A stretch of DNA of 64,000 nt from Octopus vulgaris (lineage: Eukaryota). How positions within the stretch are numbered: the stretch's first letter is position 1; each line of letters starts with the position of its first letter. This document shows positions 38,801 through 52,100 of the stretch, one piece after another. Both the position numbers and the translations under genes were made by a program. The notes under the pieces were generated by a model. It ran no database searches, was not told the origin of the DNA, and saw only the letters and a program-made list of their open reading frames with translations. The stretch is from the NCBI GenBank assembly GCA_951406725.2, contig OX597836.1, positions 26,598,001-26,662,000 on the forward strand. The letters run 5' to 3'.

Positions 38801-41800
38801 ATTGTTTTAAAATTAATCAAGCATTATCTTGCGGCTTCAAGATTTCAATGATGTGATTATTTTTCGAATAACACTGTAAAAAAGTAGGTGCAAGGTTTTA
38901 ATATAAAATAGGCAAAATATTTGGGCCTGACACGGCAGGTTTAAATGCTAAAGGGTTATGTCAATAAACATCAATTGTTAATTAATTTAAATATTTTATA
39001 CAAGTGGAAAATATTTCTAAAAAAATGGATTTATTTCACACACACACACACACACACACACAAAGAGCTGCCTTCAAGCTGTTTACTTATGATGTGTAAT
39101 AAAGGAATAAACACTGATTTTGAATCAACAATTCTATTTGGAAACAAAACTTAATACAGAGAACTAAATATTAATGTTATATATATATCAATACAAAAAG
39201 GACAGGAGAGAGGAACACTGAATAAATGATAGCTTAGTGTGATATAACCATGAAAATAATATTCAACACTGCTTACTTTAAAACTAAATATGGTGTAACA
39301 GTGTGGTATGAGAAGGTAATCTGCTAATAGATGCCCTGTCTTTATTAGATTAACTTCGTGTTATTACATTTTTTTTTTTTAAACCAAAACTATTTACAAA
39401 ATTGGAAATCAGAATCAAAGTCCTTCAAAACATTGTCTTGCAATGAGACTGGAACCATTGTCATGGTACTATTCCACTTGTAACATAATCTGTAGTATAT
39501 TGTTATCACACCCATGGACAACAACTTGCAATGGTATTAGATGTGAAAAGAGATCTGTCATCATATTATTATGACATGGAGTACTATATTCCCATAATGC
39601 TCAAATATCATTGTGATCCTGTAAGAAAGTTAATACCAGGAAAGGGTTCCTGCTGCAAAACGGGCTCTAATAATAAATGGATTCTTTCAGGGACACACAG
39701 CTGGTTTTCCCAAGGGAGGGAAATATATTCAATTGAATCAACTATTTTAAAACATCCATCAGGGATACTAATAAACTCAGATTGTAGGGCTTATAGCAAT
39801 AATGGGCAATCTGTGGCCCATATGCCTAAAACAAAGAAGAAAAAAAAACATCCCTTCAATTTGGGTTTTTTTTTTTTTTCTTTAGGTAGTACAGCTGGCC
39901 TGATGATGTGCCATGTCTCATGTGGCTTACTTCTCGAAAAAAAGCTGCTGAAGCTTGGTTTATAGTCTGGCAATACTGTTCTGAACACCAACCCTATTCT
40001 CAACAACTTAGTGGTTAGGGTACTCAGATCTCAATTGTAAGGTCACAAGTTCGATTCCCGGCAGCACATTGTGTCCTTGAGCAAAGCACTTTATTTCACG
40101 TTGCTCCAGTTCACTCAGCTGGCAAAAATGAGTCAATGAGTCGTACCTGTAATTCAAAAGGACCAGCCTCATCACATCCTGTGTCATGCTGAATCTCCCT
40201 GAGAACTACGTTAAGGGTGCACATGTCTGTGGAATGCTCAGCCACTTTCATGTTAATTCCACAAGCAGGCTGTTCCATTGATCGGATCAACGGGAACCTT
40301 TGTCATCATAACCGACCGAATACCAGTTCCAACATGATTACATCATACGTAGCTCACATCAAACAGGTTCTACAAACTCCTATGCTTTTAATACAATTAG
40401 CTGCCCTACACATAAAAATCAAAGGAACCATTTCATTCATAATAACATCACTTAACAAAGATCGTTAACAAGATATTTGTTGACTTACCTGATGTTTCAT
40501 TACCATTGTCTTCATGGAGAGAGAATGGCAAATGATAAGTACGAAAACTGGAATTATCATTAAAAACAACATGCTGGCCTGAAAAGATTTGATTACTATA
40601 GTTCCTGTGGATCACTAGTGAGAAATCAAAAATAAGCAAACATACTGTTGGATTTATTAGCTTAACTAAAATTATTAATTACCTAAACTCGTTTTAATGT
40701 AATAATAGACTGTAAATATGTTTTGAGAAGTTTGTAGAAGGCAGAGAAAGACAACAGTATCAGTGAGTTTTGATACTTATTCATTCCCACTCAGAAGGAC
40801 GGCAACCGTGTGGTGTGGGGACAAAATTGAACATCATTATTATTATAATAATATATTCAGTCCAGTAATCAAACTGTTTCAGCCATCTCCACCATCTTGT
40901 GGAATATCTATTTTAATTGAAACATTTAAATGGTCTAAAAAAAAAATATGATTAAAACATTTGAAATAAGTCAATAAGAAAACAAGTTATACAAACACAG
41001 GGTAAACATAATGGCTCAAAAATATATATATATATATATGTATATATATAGAAGTTTTGATGTTCATGCCTTTGCATAAGAACATCAATGGCTGAGAGTA
41101 TAAAACAAGCAGTTTAGACATGGACTGAAACCAGACCACAAATCCAGTAGTGGTCAGAGTTAATATAGCTACAATTGCTGTAGTAGTAGTAGTAGTAGTA
41201 GTAACAATAATAATGCAATAACAATAATAATAAAAATAATAATAATGTAATAGAATTGATATATTATGTTGAAGAGAAAGAGTGAAGTTCAACACACCTG
41301 TTGAGAACACATCATCCACACGGAGGAGATAGTCGTCATCAACAGCCTGGGCCATTGAACTATCCACTTCCTGGTAGTCATCATCTTCATCTTCGTCATC
41401 AGCTTCCATCATACACTCAGAACCCTGGAAAACAACATGGCAAAAGAACACGCTATAAATCAAGGAAAGGGAGCCTGACCTTAAGTTCAGATTCTAAGAG
41501 TTTGGAATTAGCAAAAGAAGTGCTTTTGCTTTTTACATAGGATTATACTTATATTCAGACTGTGTGTCATTAAAAGATTAGTTTACATTTTGCATTTTTA
41601 TTTCTTGTTTTACAATTTATATTTTCCTTTAACCCTTTAGCATTCAAACCAGCCATATCCGGCCAAAATTATTCTACCTGTTTTATGTTCAGACTGGCCA
41701 GATCTGGTCTCTCACACCGACCCTACAATGTCGTTTTAAAAATTAACAGCTACCTCATCAAAATCTCATAGCACCAAGATAATACCTGATTAGTCCAAGG

Positions 41801-44800
41801 CAATGTGGGTAAAAAAGGATTAATTTTGGCAGAATAATGCAAACACTAAAGGGTTAATTCAAACATTTTAACCTTTTTGTTACCATATTTCTATCGAAAT
41901 TCACAGCCATTGTTTCATTTAATTTTGAAAATGAAGAAGAATTTAGTAAAACGATTTTGTCATTATGAAACTTGTGCTTGGAATATAAATAACACGAAAT
42001 CTTTATGGAAAGAATTTTGAGCGACTATTTGACAGAAATGCAAAGACATTTACAAAATGGAAACATTCACTAATATGACAAACAGCAGTAAGATTGGTCA
42101 GAAGAAACCCAATGTGGAAATATAACAGGTGAAGTTCAACACACCTGTTGAGAACACATCTTCCACACGGAGAAGATAGTCGTCATCAACAGCCTGGGCC
42201 ATTGAACTATCCACTTCCTGGTAGTCATCATCTTCATCTTTGTCATCAGCTTCCATCATACACTCAGAACCAAAATGGCTAAATATTCTCACATCCAGAT
42301 AAATGCATATTACACGACCACCTTGAGTGTTATCTCACAGTGGATTGCCCCAGCAAGGATTACCCAACAATGAGTAATTACACACCAAGACTACAAAATG
42401 CAACCATCCATTGTTTTTTTTTCATATATAAGCTTGAACTTGGAGGAGATAAAGTTATAAATGATGGGATGTAAAATATTGGGTTAAAAAACTTTAGATG
42501 AGAAAAAGTCAAATGGCAGCCTTTAACCTTTTCTATTCAATGGGTTTGTTTTTTTTTCACTCAATATTCACACACTATTATAGCTTTATCAACTGCGAGT
42601 TCATCATTTAACATCCATGTTCCGTACTGGTATGGGGTTGAATGGTTTTTCTACTGCTGGATGTTCCTCCCAATGCCAACCACCACGTCACTGTATGGAC
42701 TGGGAGCCCTTCTTTGTGCCACCTACACTATTAAGGTCACTATCATCATCATCATCATTTAGCGTCCGCTTTCCATGCTAGCATGGGCTGGACGGTTCAA
42801 CTGGGGTCTGGGAAACCAGAAGGCTGCACCAGGCCCAGTCAGATCTGGCAGTGTTTCTACGGCTGGATGCCCTTCCTAACGCCAACCACTCCGTGAGTGT
42901 AGTGGGTGCTTTTTACGTGCCACCCACACAGGTGCCAGACAGAGGTGGCAAAAAGCCACGAACGGATGGTGCTTTTACGTGTCACCGGCACGGGGGCCAG
43001 GCGAGGCTGGCAACGGACACGAACGGATGGTGCTTTTACGTGCCACCGACACGGGGGCCAGACAGAGCTGGCAAACGGCCACGTTCAAAATAATTTACTT
43101 CAATTCCTGAACAGTTTCCAAAATTCTTATAAAGAGACACACACAAGCAATACCTTCTAGATTTCAATCTATCTTAATCAAAACAGAAAATTCAGTTACA
43201 CCATTGTTTTTTTTAGTTTTTGTTTTCCTTTAAAATCACCTTGGTATTTTCCTCATCATTTAACAGCCATCTTTCATGCTGGCATGCGTTAGTTTGACAG
43301 GAGCTAATCAAGCTCAACCAGGGTCCACTGTCTGCTTCGACACGGTTTCTACAGCTGGGTGCCCTTCCTAACACTGACACTTTACAGAGTGTACTGGGTG
43401 CTTTTTATGTGGCACCAACACCAGAGCTTACTTGAATTCATTCCTATTTTTGTCACCAACAGGTTTCACTGCTGATAATGTTAACTGATAACCCAAAGCA
43501 TTCAGTTTGTCTATTAATGAACTATACACAACATTTGCCTTAGTTACATTTCGTCCAGAGACAATGATTCATTCATTCACCTTAAATCCAGTGGAGGGAG
43601 GTTTTTCACAAAGCCGTGTGTAAATTGGTAGGGACATGTATAGCTTTGTCATCTTATGTAGATGCTACCCTAAACTTGACCACAGAATGAGCAATCATTT
43701 CAGCTTGTGACAAAAGAGTAGTCTTCTATAAAACGTAAAAAGTAAAAGTAAGCAACCTAGCACCTCAACCATACTGAACTTCATATACAATAACATCCAT
43801 CAACAACCGACCGCAGACAGACAAGAGAACAACAGAGAAAGAAGGCAGTCGTTATATAAAACACTACTAGTTACCTCATCCTCATCTTCCTCATCTTCAT
43901 GCTCTTCATCATCTTCATTGTCACAGACATCTCCTTCCTCATCCCCTGAACCACTTTCCTCTTCGGAACCTTCTTCTTCATGAACATCTATTGAAAAAAA
44001 AAATGAGAAAAAATTAATTAGTCAATTAATCAATCATTGATGAAACCAGTTAATCTAAATATGTAATTAAGGACAAAGCAGCTAAATACGAAGGATTACT
44101 TTAGAAACACAAAAGAAATTAAAATGTTCCATTATTACACCCAACACATTCATTTCAATATTTCTAGGGATTCTTTAAATTATACATTCTTTGGAAACAT
44201 TTATCCTTTCCTTACAGACAAATTATAGCCTTCTAATATACATAACATATATATACATTAAATACTGGGGTTTGATGCAATTGATTAGACCCCCTCCCAT
44301 ACATTTTTCAGGCCTTGTGCCTATAGTACAAAGAATTATCATTATTTCAATTATTATTATTATTATTATTAAAGCAATGAGCCAGAAAGTTGGACAAAAT
44401 GCCTAGTGGCATTTCTTTTGGCCCCTTACGTCAAGTTCAAATTTCACTAGAGTTGACTTTGCCTTTCATTCTTTCAGCGTTGATAAAATAAATACCAGTT
44501 GAGCACTGGGGACAGAGGGGTGTCAATGTATTCGACGAGCCCCCTCACTCAAAATTTCTGGCCTTGTTCTTATAATAGAAAAAAATTATTATAACAACCA
44601 TTATCATTAACATCATTATTACTATAATTTTTTTTTTATTAATCACATATCTTTTCATGTCCCTTGTTCATTTCAGTATCAACCGTCATTCCAGACACTA
44701 AAAATATATACCAGTAATATATTGGTGTTAATTCAATTATACTTTGTACCCCGGTAATAACAACATACCTGTAATAACTTATTTCCTCTTAACATATATT

Positions 44801-46147
44801 ACTGTATGTTGCAAACACTGAAACCCTTTACTATTTGAACTAGCCAGATCTAGCCCAGATATTCTACCTGTTTTTATGTTCAAACTGGCCAGATCCAGCC
44901 TTTCGCATCAACCCTACAATGTCATTCTGAAAATAATCACATCATCAAAATCTCAAAGCTACGAGATAATCCAGGATTAAAAATCAAAACAGTGTGAATA
45001 CATAAGCATTACATTTGACAGAATAATCTGAATGCTAAAGGGTTAAATGTAAAGAGAGTGTGTATGCGTGTGTGTGTGTGTATGTGTGTAGAAAAAAAAC
45101 TATATCTAGATTTCAGAAAAGCAAAAGTTTATTATAGCTGCAAAGTGAGTGTTCAGCGATTATTGGATTATAATATTTCAGTTAGGGAAGAGAGAGAGAG
45201 AGAGAGAGAGAGTGAGACAGAAAGTAAGAAGACTAAATCCAAAAATCATGCAAAAATTATAGAAATTACTACTAATTAACTAATGTCTCAATTCCACTAA
45301 TTGGATTTGGTTTGACGAACTCTAAGAATACATCTGCATAGAATGTTAGTTAGACTTGTTGCTATCATTTAAACTGGAATAAGGGCTTAATGTGGTGGGG
45401 TTTTTTAGCTTTTTTTTTTTTTAATTTTATTTTTAGGAGACAGAAAATAAGCAAGTAAGAGATGATAGATAGGAAGAGAAAGGGGAGATTAAAGTTAGGG
45501 GGAGACAGGGACAGTTAGAAAAGAGTGAAAGAGAAAACCCTGCACCCAGACCTAAAACATTTTTTTTTTTTTTAAATCTGTTTCTAGGGTTTGAAATTTT
45601 GCTAAATTACTGGAGTGGGAAGTCATGCTGTAGCAGATAACACTAGACATTCTAAAGCAGCAACTAAACAAAAAGCATCCAAGCTAAAAAGGTAGGAAAA
45701 AAAAAAACTACCATTTATCTAGACATACACTATATAGGACAGTTCTACCCAAAAGATTCCCATGATTCTTAGTCAAGCCTGGTTAATTTTGTGTTGCTGA
45801 ATTAAAGCCACTGAATCCTCCTCCTCATCATCATCATCAGTCTACTAGGTACACGGGTGAAGAAGACTGATTAAACAATACAATTAACATACCTCTCTTC
45901 CATTAGGTGAGCAAAAGGAGGCTTTTGTCAAAGCAACTTGTGGAAATGCATCTTATTTTATTCAGAAAATGTACAATTAAATTAATTAAATTCAGCTGAA
46001 TGGCATAACGACACCGAAATCAAAGTAGAAAATTTTTTAAATGTATATGTATGTGATTGTATGTGTACATAAGAGTCCTATATAGCGAGAAACAAAATGA
46101 CGATGAATCATTAACTTCAAACTTTACATTACACTTTACTGCATAAT

Positions 46148-46182
<35 letters not shown>

Positions 46183-49100
46183 AATGCACATCTGTGTGTA
46201 TACGTTAGAATGATTAGTACTGAGTGTTTGCAGAGACATAGGCTATTTCCTAACTACAACAGGAGGTGAAAAAAAAAATGCTAGAGTTAATATTGTGCGT
46301 GTGTTGTGTAATGGCAGGTAATTAAATTAATAGCGCTTTAGCATCTTTAAAATAAAAGACACATCCAAAAAGCTCGTTAAGCTCATTAAAGCCGGTTCCG
46401 TCGAGTTAGCCACAACCAAAGCCGTTTCACCACTGATCCATGATGGGAAGAAGCGGTCTGGGAGGAGGGGAGGGAGGGAAAAGTGGGGAAGCTGATTGGG
46501 TGAGTAGGGAGGAATGGGGCGTGCTACAAAGTAAACACAATTAACCCAAGCTTTGACTAACCTTCATTATTTTCAGCATCCTCACCTTCAGAACTCTCTT
46601 GACTTATCATCTGAGAATCATGCCTGTCTATTTCTTCCTGCTCAACATCGACATCAATAATAACATCTGGAGACTCGTCATCATTGTGAGCCGACAAGGG
46701 TTCTTCAGCTGAAACAGACAGGCAGGTTACTCCAGAAACAGGTCTCATAAGCCAAGCTCCAACATTACTAATCCTAGCCTAATTACAAGTCCCTCCACTA
46801 GCCCAGCCCACCGACAACTACAATGGAACCCCATAGAATGGCCATTGTTCAATGGCACAGAGTTTTATAAAACACTGACTAATAAAGATTCACCTAACTT
46901 CCCTCTCAGCAGAAAAAGAAACACTTACCTGTTTCCATAATTATTTCACTAATGACTTGCTGTTCAGGATCGCGACCTGAATCTCTTTGAAATAACTCGT
47001 CTATTACATGGTCTAAGTTACTGTGAGCCTGAAGAAAGATAATATTTCATAAACCAACAGGGGAAAGAGAGAGAAAGAGAGAGAGCGAAAGAGCAAGAAA
47101 GAAAGAGAGAGAGAGCAAAACAGAAAGAGTGAGCAACAAAATTGATTTAAAATATCTGACAGATTTTTACAGATTATTTCCAAATTCTACAGTAAATTTA
47201 TGTAAGTAGCTGACAATGAATAAAACTACCAAATATTTTCATAAATCATTGGATCTATAGAACTAAATATTAATGTCTTTGGATGGGCTCTGAAACTTCA
47301 TTTCTGAAACTGACTACATAAATCAAAGAAAACAGGATATAACTAATCTGTTAACATACATGACAAACAGCCATGAAGAACCTTTGTTCCAAAGCTATTT
47401 TGATACATTGATTTCAGATGGCCAAATACACATTATTGAATCCTATTTGTTTTACAGTTTTCCTGCATGAGTTAGATGAATATATCATTGAGGTATTGTC
47501 TTACAAGTAAGGCATCTCTTATTCTACACAACATCAGAAAGTGTAAAATGATAGGATTTGTTGACAAGAGTAATGCCAATAGCACCAACAGTGAACTATC
47601 ATAATATATATATATATATATATATTCACACACACACATACAAAGCTTCTTTCAGTTTCCCTGTCTCAAATTCACTCACAGGGTTTCGGTTGGCCTAAGG
47701 CCACAGTAGAAGATACTTGCTCACATTACCAGACAGTGGGGCTGAACCCAAAACCACATGGTCACCTGTTGTTCTTGTGCTCAGGAACAACAGTTTCTAA
47801 CTAAGCTGGAACAGCAACACTAAAATTTATGCTTAATCTTTAGGTGTATGTGTGTGGGTACACACACACACATATCTATATATATCTATATATATCTATA
47901 TATATATATATATATATTCACACACACACATACAAAGCTTCTTTCAGTTTCCCTGTCTCAAATTCACTCACAGGGTTTCGGTTGGCCTAAGGCCACAGTA
48001 GAAGATACTTGCTCAGGTTACCAGACAGTGGGGTTGAACCCAAAACCACATGGTCACCAGTTGTTCTTGTGTCCAGGAACAACAGTTTCTAACTAAGCTG
48101 GAACAGCAAAACTAAAATTTATGCTTAATCTTTAGGTGTATGTGTGTGGGTACACACACACACATATCTATATATATCTATATATATCTATATATATATA
48201 TATATACATATCTCATTTAACGTCCATTTTTCATGCTGGCATGGGTTGGATGGTTTGACAGATGACTAGCTGAAGGGCTGTTCAGGATCTATGTTTTGGC
48301 ATGGTTTCTACAGCTGGATGCCCTTCCTAACACCAACCACTTCACAAAGTGTATTGGGGTGCTTTTATGCAGCACCGGCATGGGTGCTTTTTACGTAGCA
48401 CCAGCACTTACAAACCTGTAAGATTAGGGATGCAAGGGACAAGTCTGTGTGCATGGGCAACTACACTCAGCTTGACATGTCTTTTCAAGCACAGCAAACC
48501 ACCAGGAGTTTTGGTTCCCTTTCATACCATCTGAGTCCTAATGTTTGCAGAAGCCTTTCTTTCTCACCACTTTTGTTCATGTATATACAGGGTGCGATGA
48601 ATGAATTGTCTAAATTACGCAAAAGTGAAAATAACACTGACATCTCATTTTAACATATATTTACTCAAGTTACATAAAAAATATCTTGAAATATTAAAGA
48701 GAAAATTTATTCAATAAAATCGCCATTGGCTTCAACCATGGTCTCTAGATGACTTTGGAATCTCCTGCAAATCTTCTGGACAGTATCCTTGTTTAAGTTG
48801 GTGAATGCTGCCATAATCCTTGCCTTCAGTTCATCTTTAGTGTACAAGGAGTTTTGTTGGTCTCTCGCTCAACTGTGCGCCACACATAATAATCAAGGGG
48901 GTTGCAGTCTGGGGAGTTAGCTCTCCAGATGTTAGGGGTGATGTGGCTGCAGAAATTGTCTGACAGCCATGACTGGGTTCTCCTGCTTGTGTAGCATGGT
49001 GCAGAATTCTGTTGCCAGACATAAAATCTTCCAACAGCCATCCTCTTCACCCAGAGTAGCACTATCTCCTCCAGGCACTTAATATAGGTATGGTCATGTG

Positions 49101-52100
49101 ATGCATATGAACAAGGACAATTGTGTAAAGAAGTGCTGAACTCTAACTGTGGTGGGGACCTGTGGTTGAGGTAGTCCCAGGAAGACATTGGATGAGGTAA
49201 TGAAGCATGACCATCGAACTTTGAACAACACAGAGGCAATGACTAGTGACTGAGACCTTTGGCGATGTGCTCTGGATCCTGGTACAGCCTTCCAGCATGC
49301 CAGCCCAGTCAAACTGTCCAACCCTTTCCAGCATGGACAACAGACACTAAATGCTGATGACCAGATCTGACAAGCCACAATACTACAATGAGCTCCAGTG
49401 TCAGCTTTGACATGTTTTCTATGGCTGGACGTCTGCTTTTTGCATGCCACCAGCACTAATGTGGTTGCCATGTAAGTTGCAAGATAGAAGAGGAAAGCCC
49501 CTCCTATAACTAAGAGGGTATTGGTGAGGACGAGGTGACTTTATGCCAGGTGCTGAGAGGCTAAAGTATGACAGAAGGACAAGGACAGAAGATACATGGC
49601 TACCCCACATTATAAGGGTGGGTGATATAATTTTAAGGAGGCTGAATAGTAACAACAGTTTTTTAAAACAGTCATTAAGGTATCAATTGCTAATGAAGAT
49701 ATCAAAGCCCCCATAAGCTTTTAATGGTCAGTAAACGGCACTAATTTTATAAAGGAGAGGAGATATTTGCCTCTGTATTGGTCTATGGTAACATTTACCC
49801 AGATGATACAGCACCTATAATAACAGTCAGGTATACTAGGGTGATCCAAACAAGTTACTAGGTCAATGGTAAAACAATGAGGAAATAATAAATTAGTCAA
49901 GGAAAATAAGATTACATTGTTTAAAAATTGAAAAAGAAAAAAAAAAAGAACAACAAATTCTTCACTGCCTGTGTTATAAATCATTTTGAAAGACATGTAA
50001 AAACTGACTGGAAGAGACTTATGACAATATAAAACATAACATTGAGAAAATATTAAAAATAAATTTACTCAATTTTTAAAAAAATTTTTCAGAGAAATTA
50101 CATGGAAAGCAGTTTAAATCCAGGTCAACACTGAACAAATCTATCACATAAGTATTACAGTAAATGGCTAGCTATGGTCCATAGATTCACTGCTCCAGAT
50201 ATACCAATGTTTTGCTGAAGATTACTTTATGAGTGACAACAAGTAGTGGTTGCCTCAATAAGCTAGACATATTTCAATTGAAAATAGTTTCAAGATGACA
50301 TTCTTCAATAAAGAATATCTTGGTATACAGAACTATCTGTAGTTAAGGGCAATGAAGTTTTTTTTGAGTCGATATATCTGATTTCCACAGTGTTAATTTA
50401 ATAATAATAATTCACACAAGTTTTGAGTTTGGATACAGAAACAGAGAAAAGTACTCAACACATGTAGTAGAGTATATATAGTTCTTCAAGTGAGTTTATG
50501 ACTCCATATATACACAAACATCAGAAAGCTGCAGTTACAACAGAGTGAATCAGCTTCTAATGAAGAGACACACGCATACACACATGCACAATTCGATTTA
50601 CCTGTAGCTCACTATCAACAGACTCGGCAGCAGTAACAGTTGATTCTGTGATGATATCTGATTGGTCTGCAGCTGCATCTTCCAATTCTAAAGTGCTAGA
50701 ATTTTGTTGATTATCTCCTCCTAAAAGGGAACCAAAAAAGCCTATTTCACTATTACAGCCATTGAGAAAAACCAAAAGACATTGGCACTGCCATATATCA
50801 AATGCAGAAAGCAGGTCAGAAATTCTAAATAAATATCAAAAGACAAGAGAACCAGTAATTCTCTAACATCACAGGAAACAAAATAGTGTTGCCGTTGCTT
50901 TTGAAATCAACTTTTACAATCGGTAAACAATTATCTTAACAAATGCTTTTAAAAAAACATGCAACTTTACAGACATTGGTGCAGGAATATGACATAAACT
51001 TGCTGTCAACATCATCATCCACCTCATAATTTTACCATCTACTTTCCAAATGATTGTATGAATCAGTTGAAGCAGAGTTTTCTTTTTTTTTTCTTTTTTA
51101 TGGCCAGATGTCCTTTCTGACATCAAGCTTTGCCCGTTTCCAAGCAAGGCAAAGATTCCCTCCAGCCCCCGTCTGTAGAATAATGAACAGCTTAAGACAA
51201 ACAACCGTATTTGATGGGGGGTTTTGTTTACAAAGATTTATATGACATACCAAGAAGCCTGGACATCCCTTCGCAGTAGACTGCGAGCAAAGGACACCGT
51301 CTATATGGACAGTGAAGTTATTGCTTTCAGTAAGTGAACACCTGTGAAGACGAGGGGAAATATATACTCACTCTCTCTCTCACCTTTGACTGGTTTCAGT
51401 CACTTGACTGCAACCATGCTTTGAGCACCTTGAAGGGGTTTTAGTCAAGCAAATCAACCCCAGTACATATTTTTTTTTAAGTGTGCTACTTATTCTATTG
51501 TACCTGTATTTCAAGGGGCCGGCCTTGTCACTCTCTGTGTCACGCTGAATATCCCCGAGAACTACGTTAAGGGTACATGTGTCTGTGGAGTGCTCAGCCA
51601 CTTACACGTTAATTTCACGAGCAGGTTGTTCTGTTGATCGGATCAACCAGAACCCTCGTCGTCGTAACCGACGGAGTGCTTCCACTTATTCTATAGGTGT
51701 CTTTAGCCAAACTGCTAAGTGACAGGGATGTAAACAAATCCACGCAAGTTGCCAAGCACTGGGGAGGCGAGGACACACACATGCAAAAAGAAGCATACTG
51801 GGCATTGGTTTACCTAATTCACTAACAAGGCATTGGTCAACCCAGGGCTGTAGTAGAAGACACTGGCCCAAGGTGCCACACACTAAAACAATATAGGGCC
51901 ATGAGGTTGCAAAGCAAGCTTCTTAATAACAAGCTTCCTCCAGTCACCACTTTACAATTTCACTCCAAAAGGTATTGATCAACCCAAACCTATATAAAGG
52001 ACACCACTCAACAACATCCATATGGTGGGACCAAACCCCCAAGCCACAGGAACTAAATTTTTCCAATAAAAAACATAAGCAGGATTGGACACACCAAGCT

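Noticed and set aside
39531-39965. 144-aa ORF as a nested gene
   Set aside because: No recognisable motifs; passes through poly-A and poly-T runs; probably chance.
42098-42292. Mutually exclusive functional exon pair with 41298-41424
   Set aside because: The copy has no in-frame AG acceptor immediately upstream; the nearest TAG is 7 nt away and out of frame. Kept only as a pseudo/poison exon candidate.
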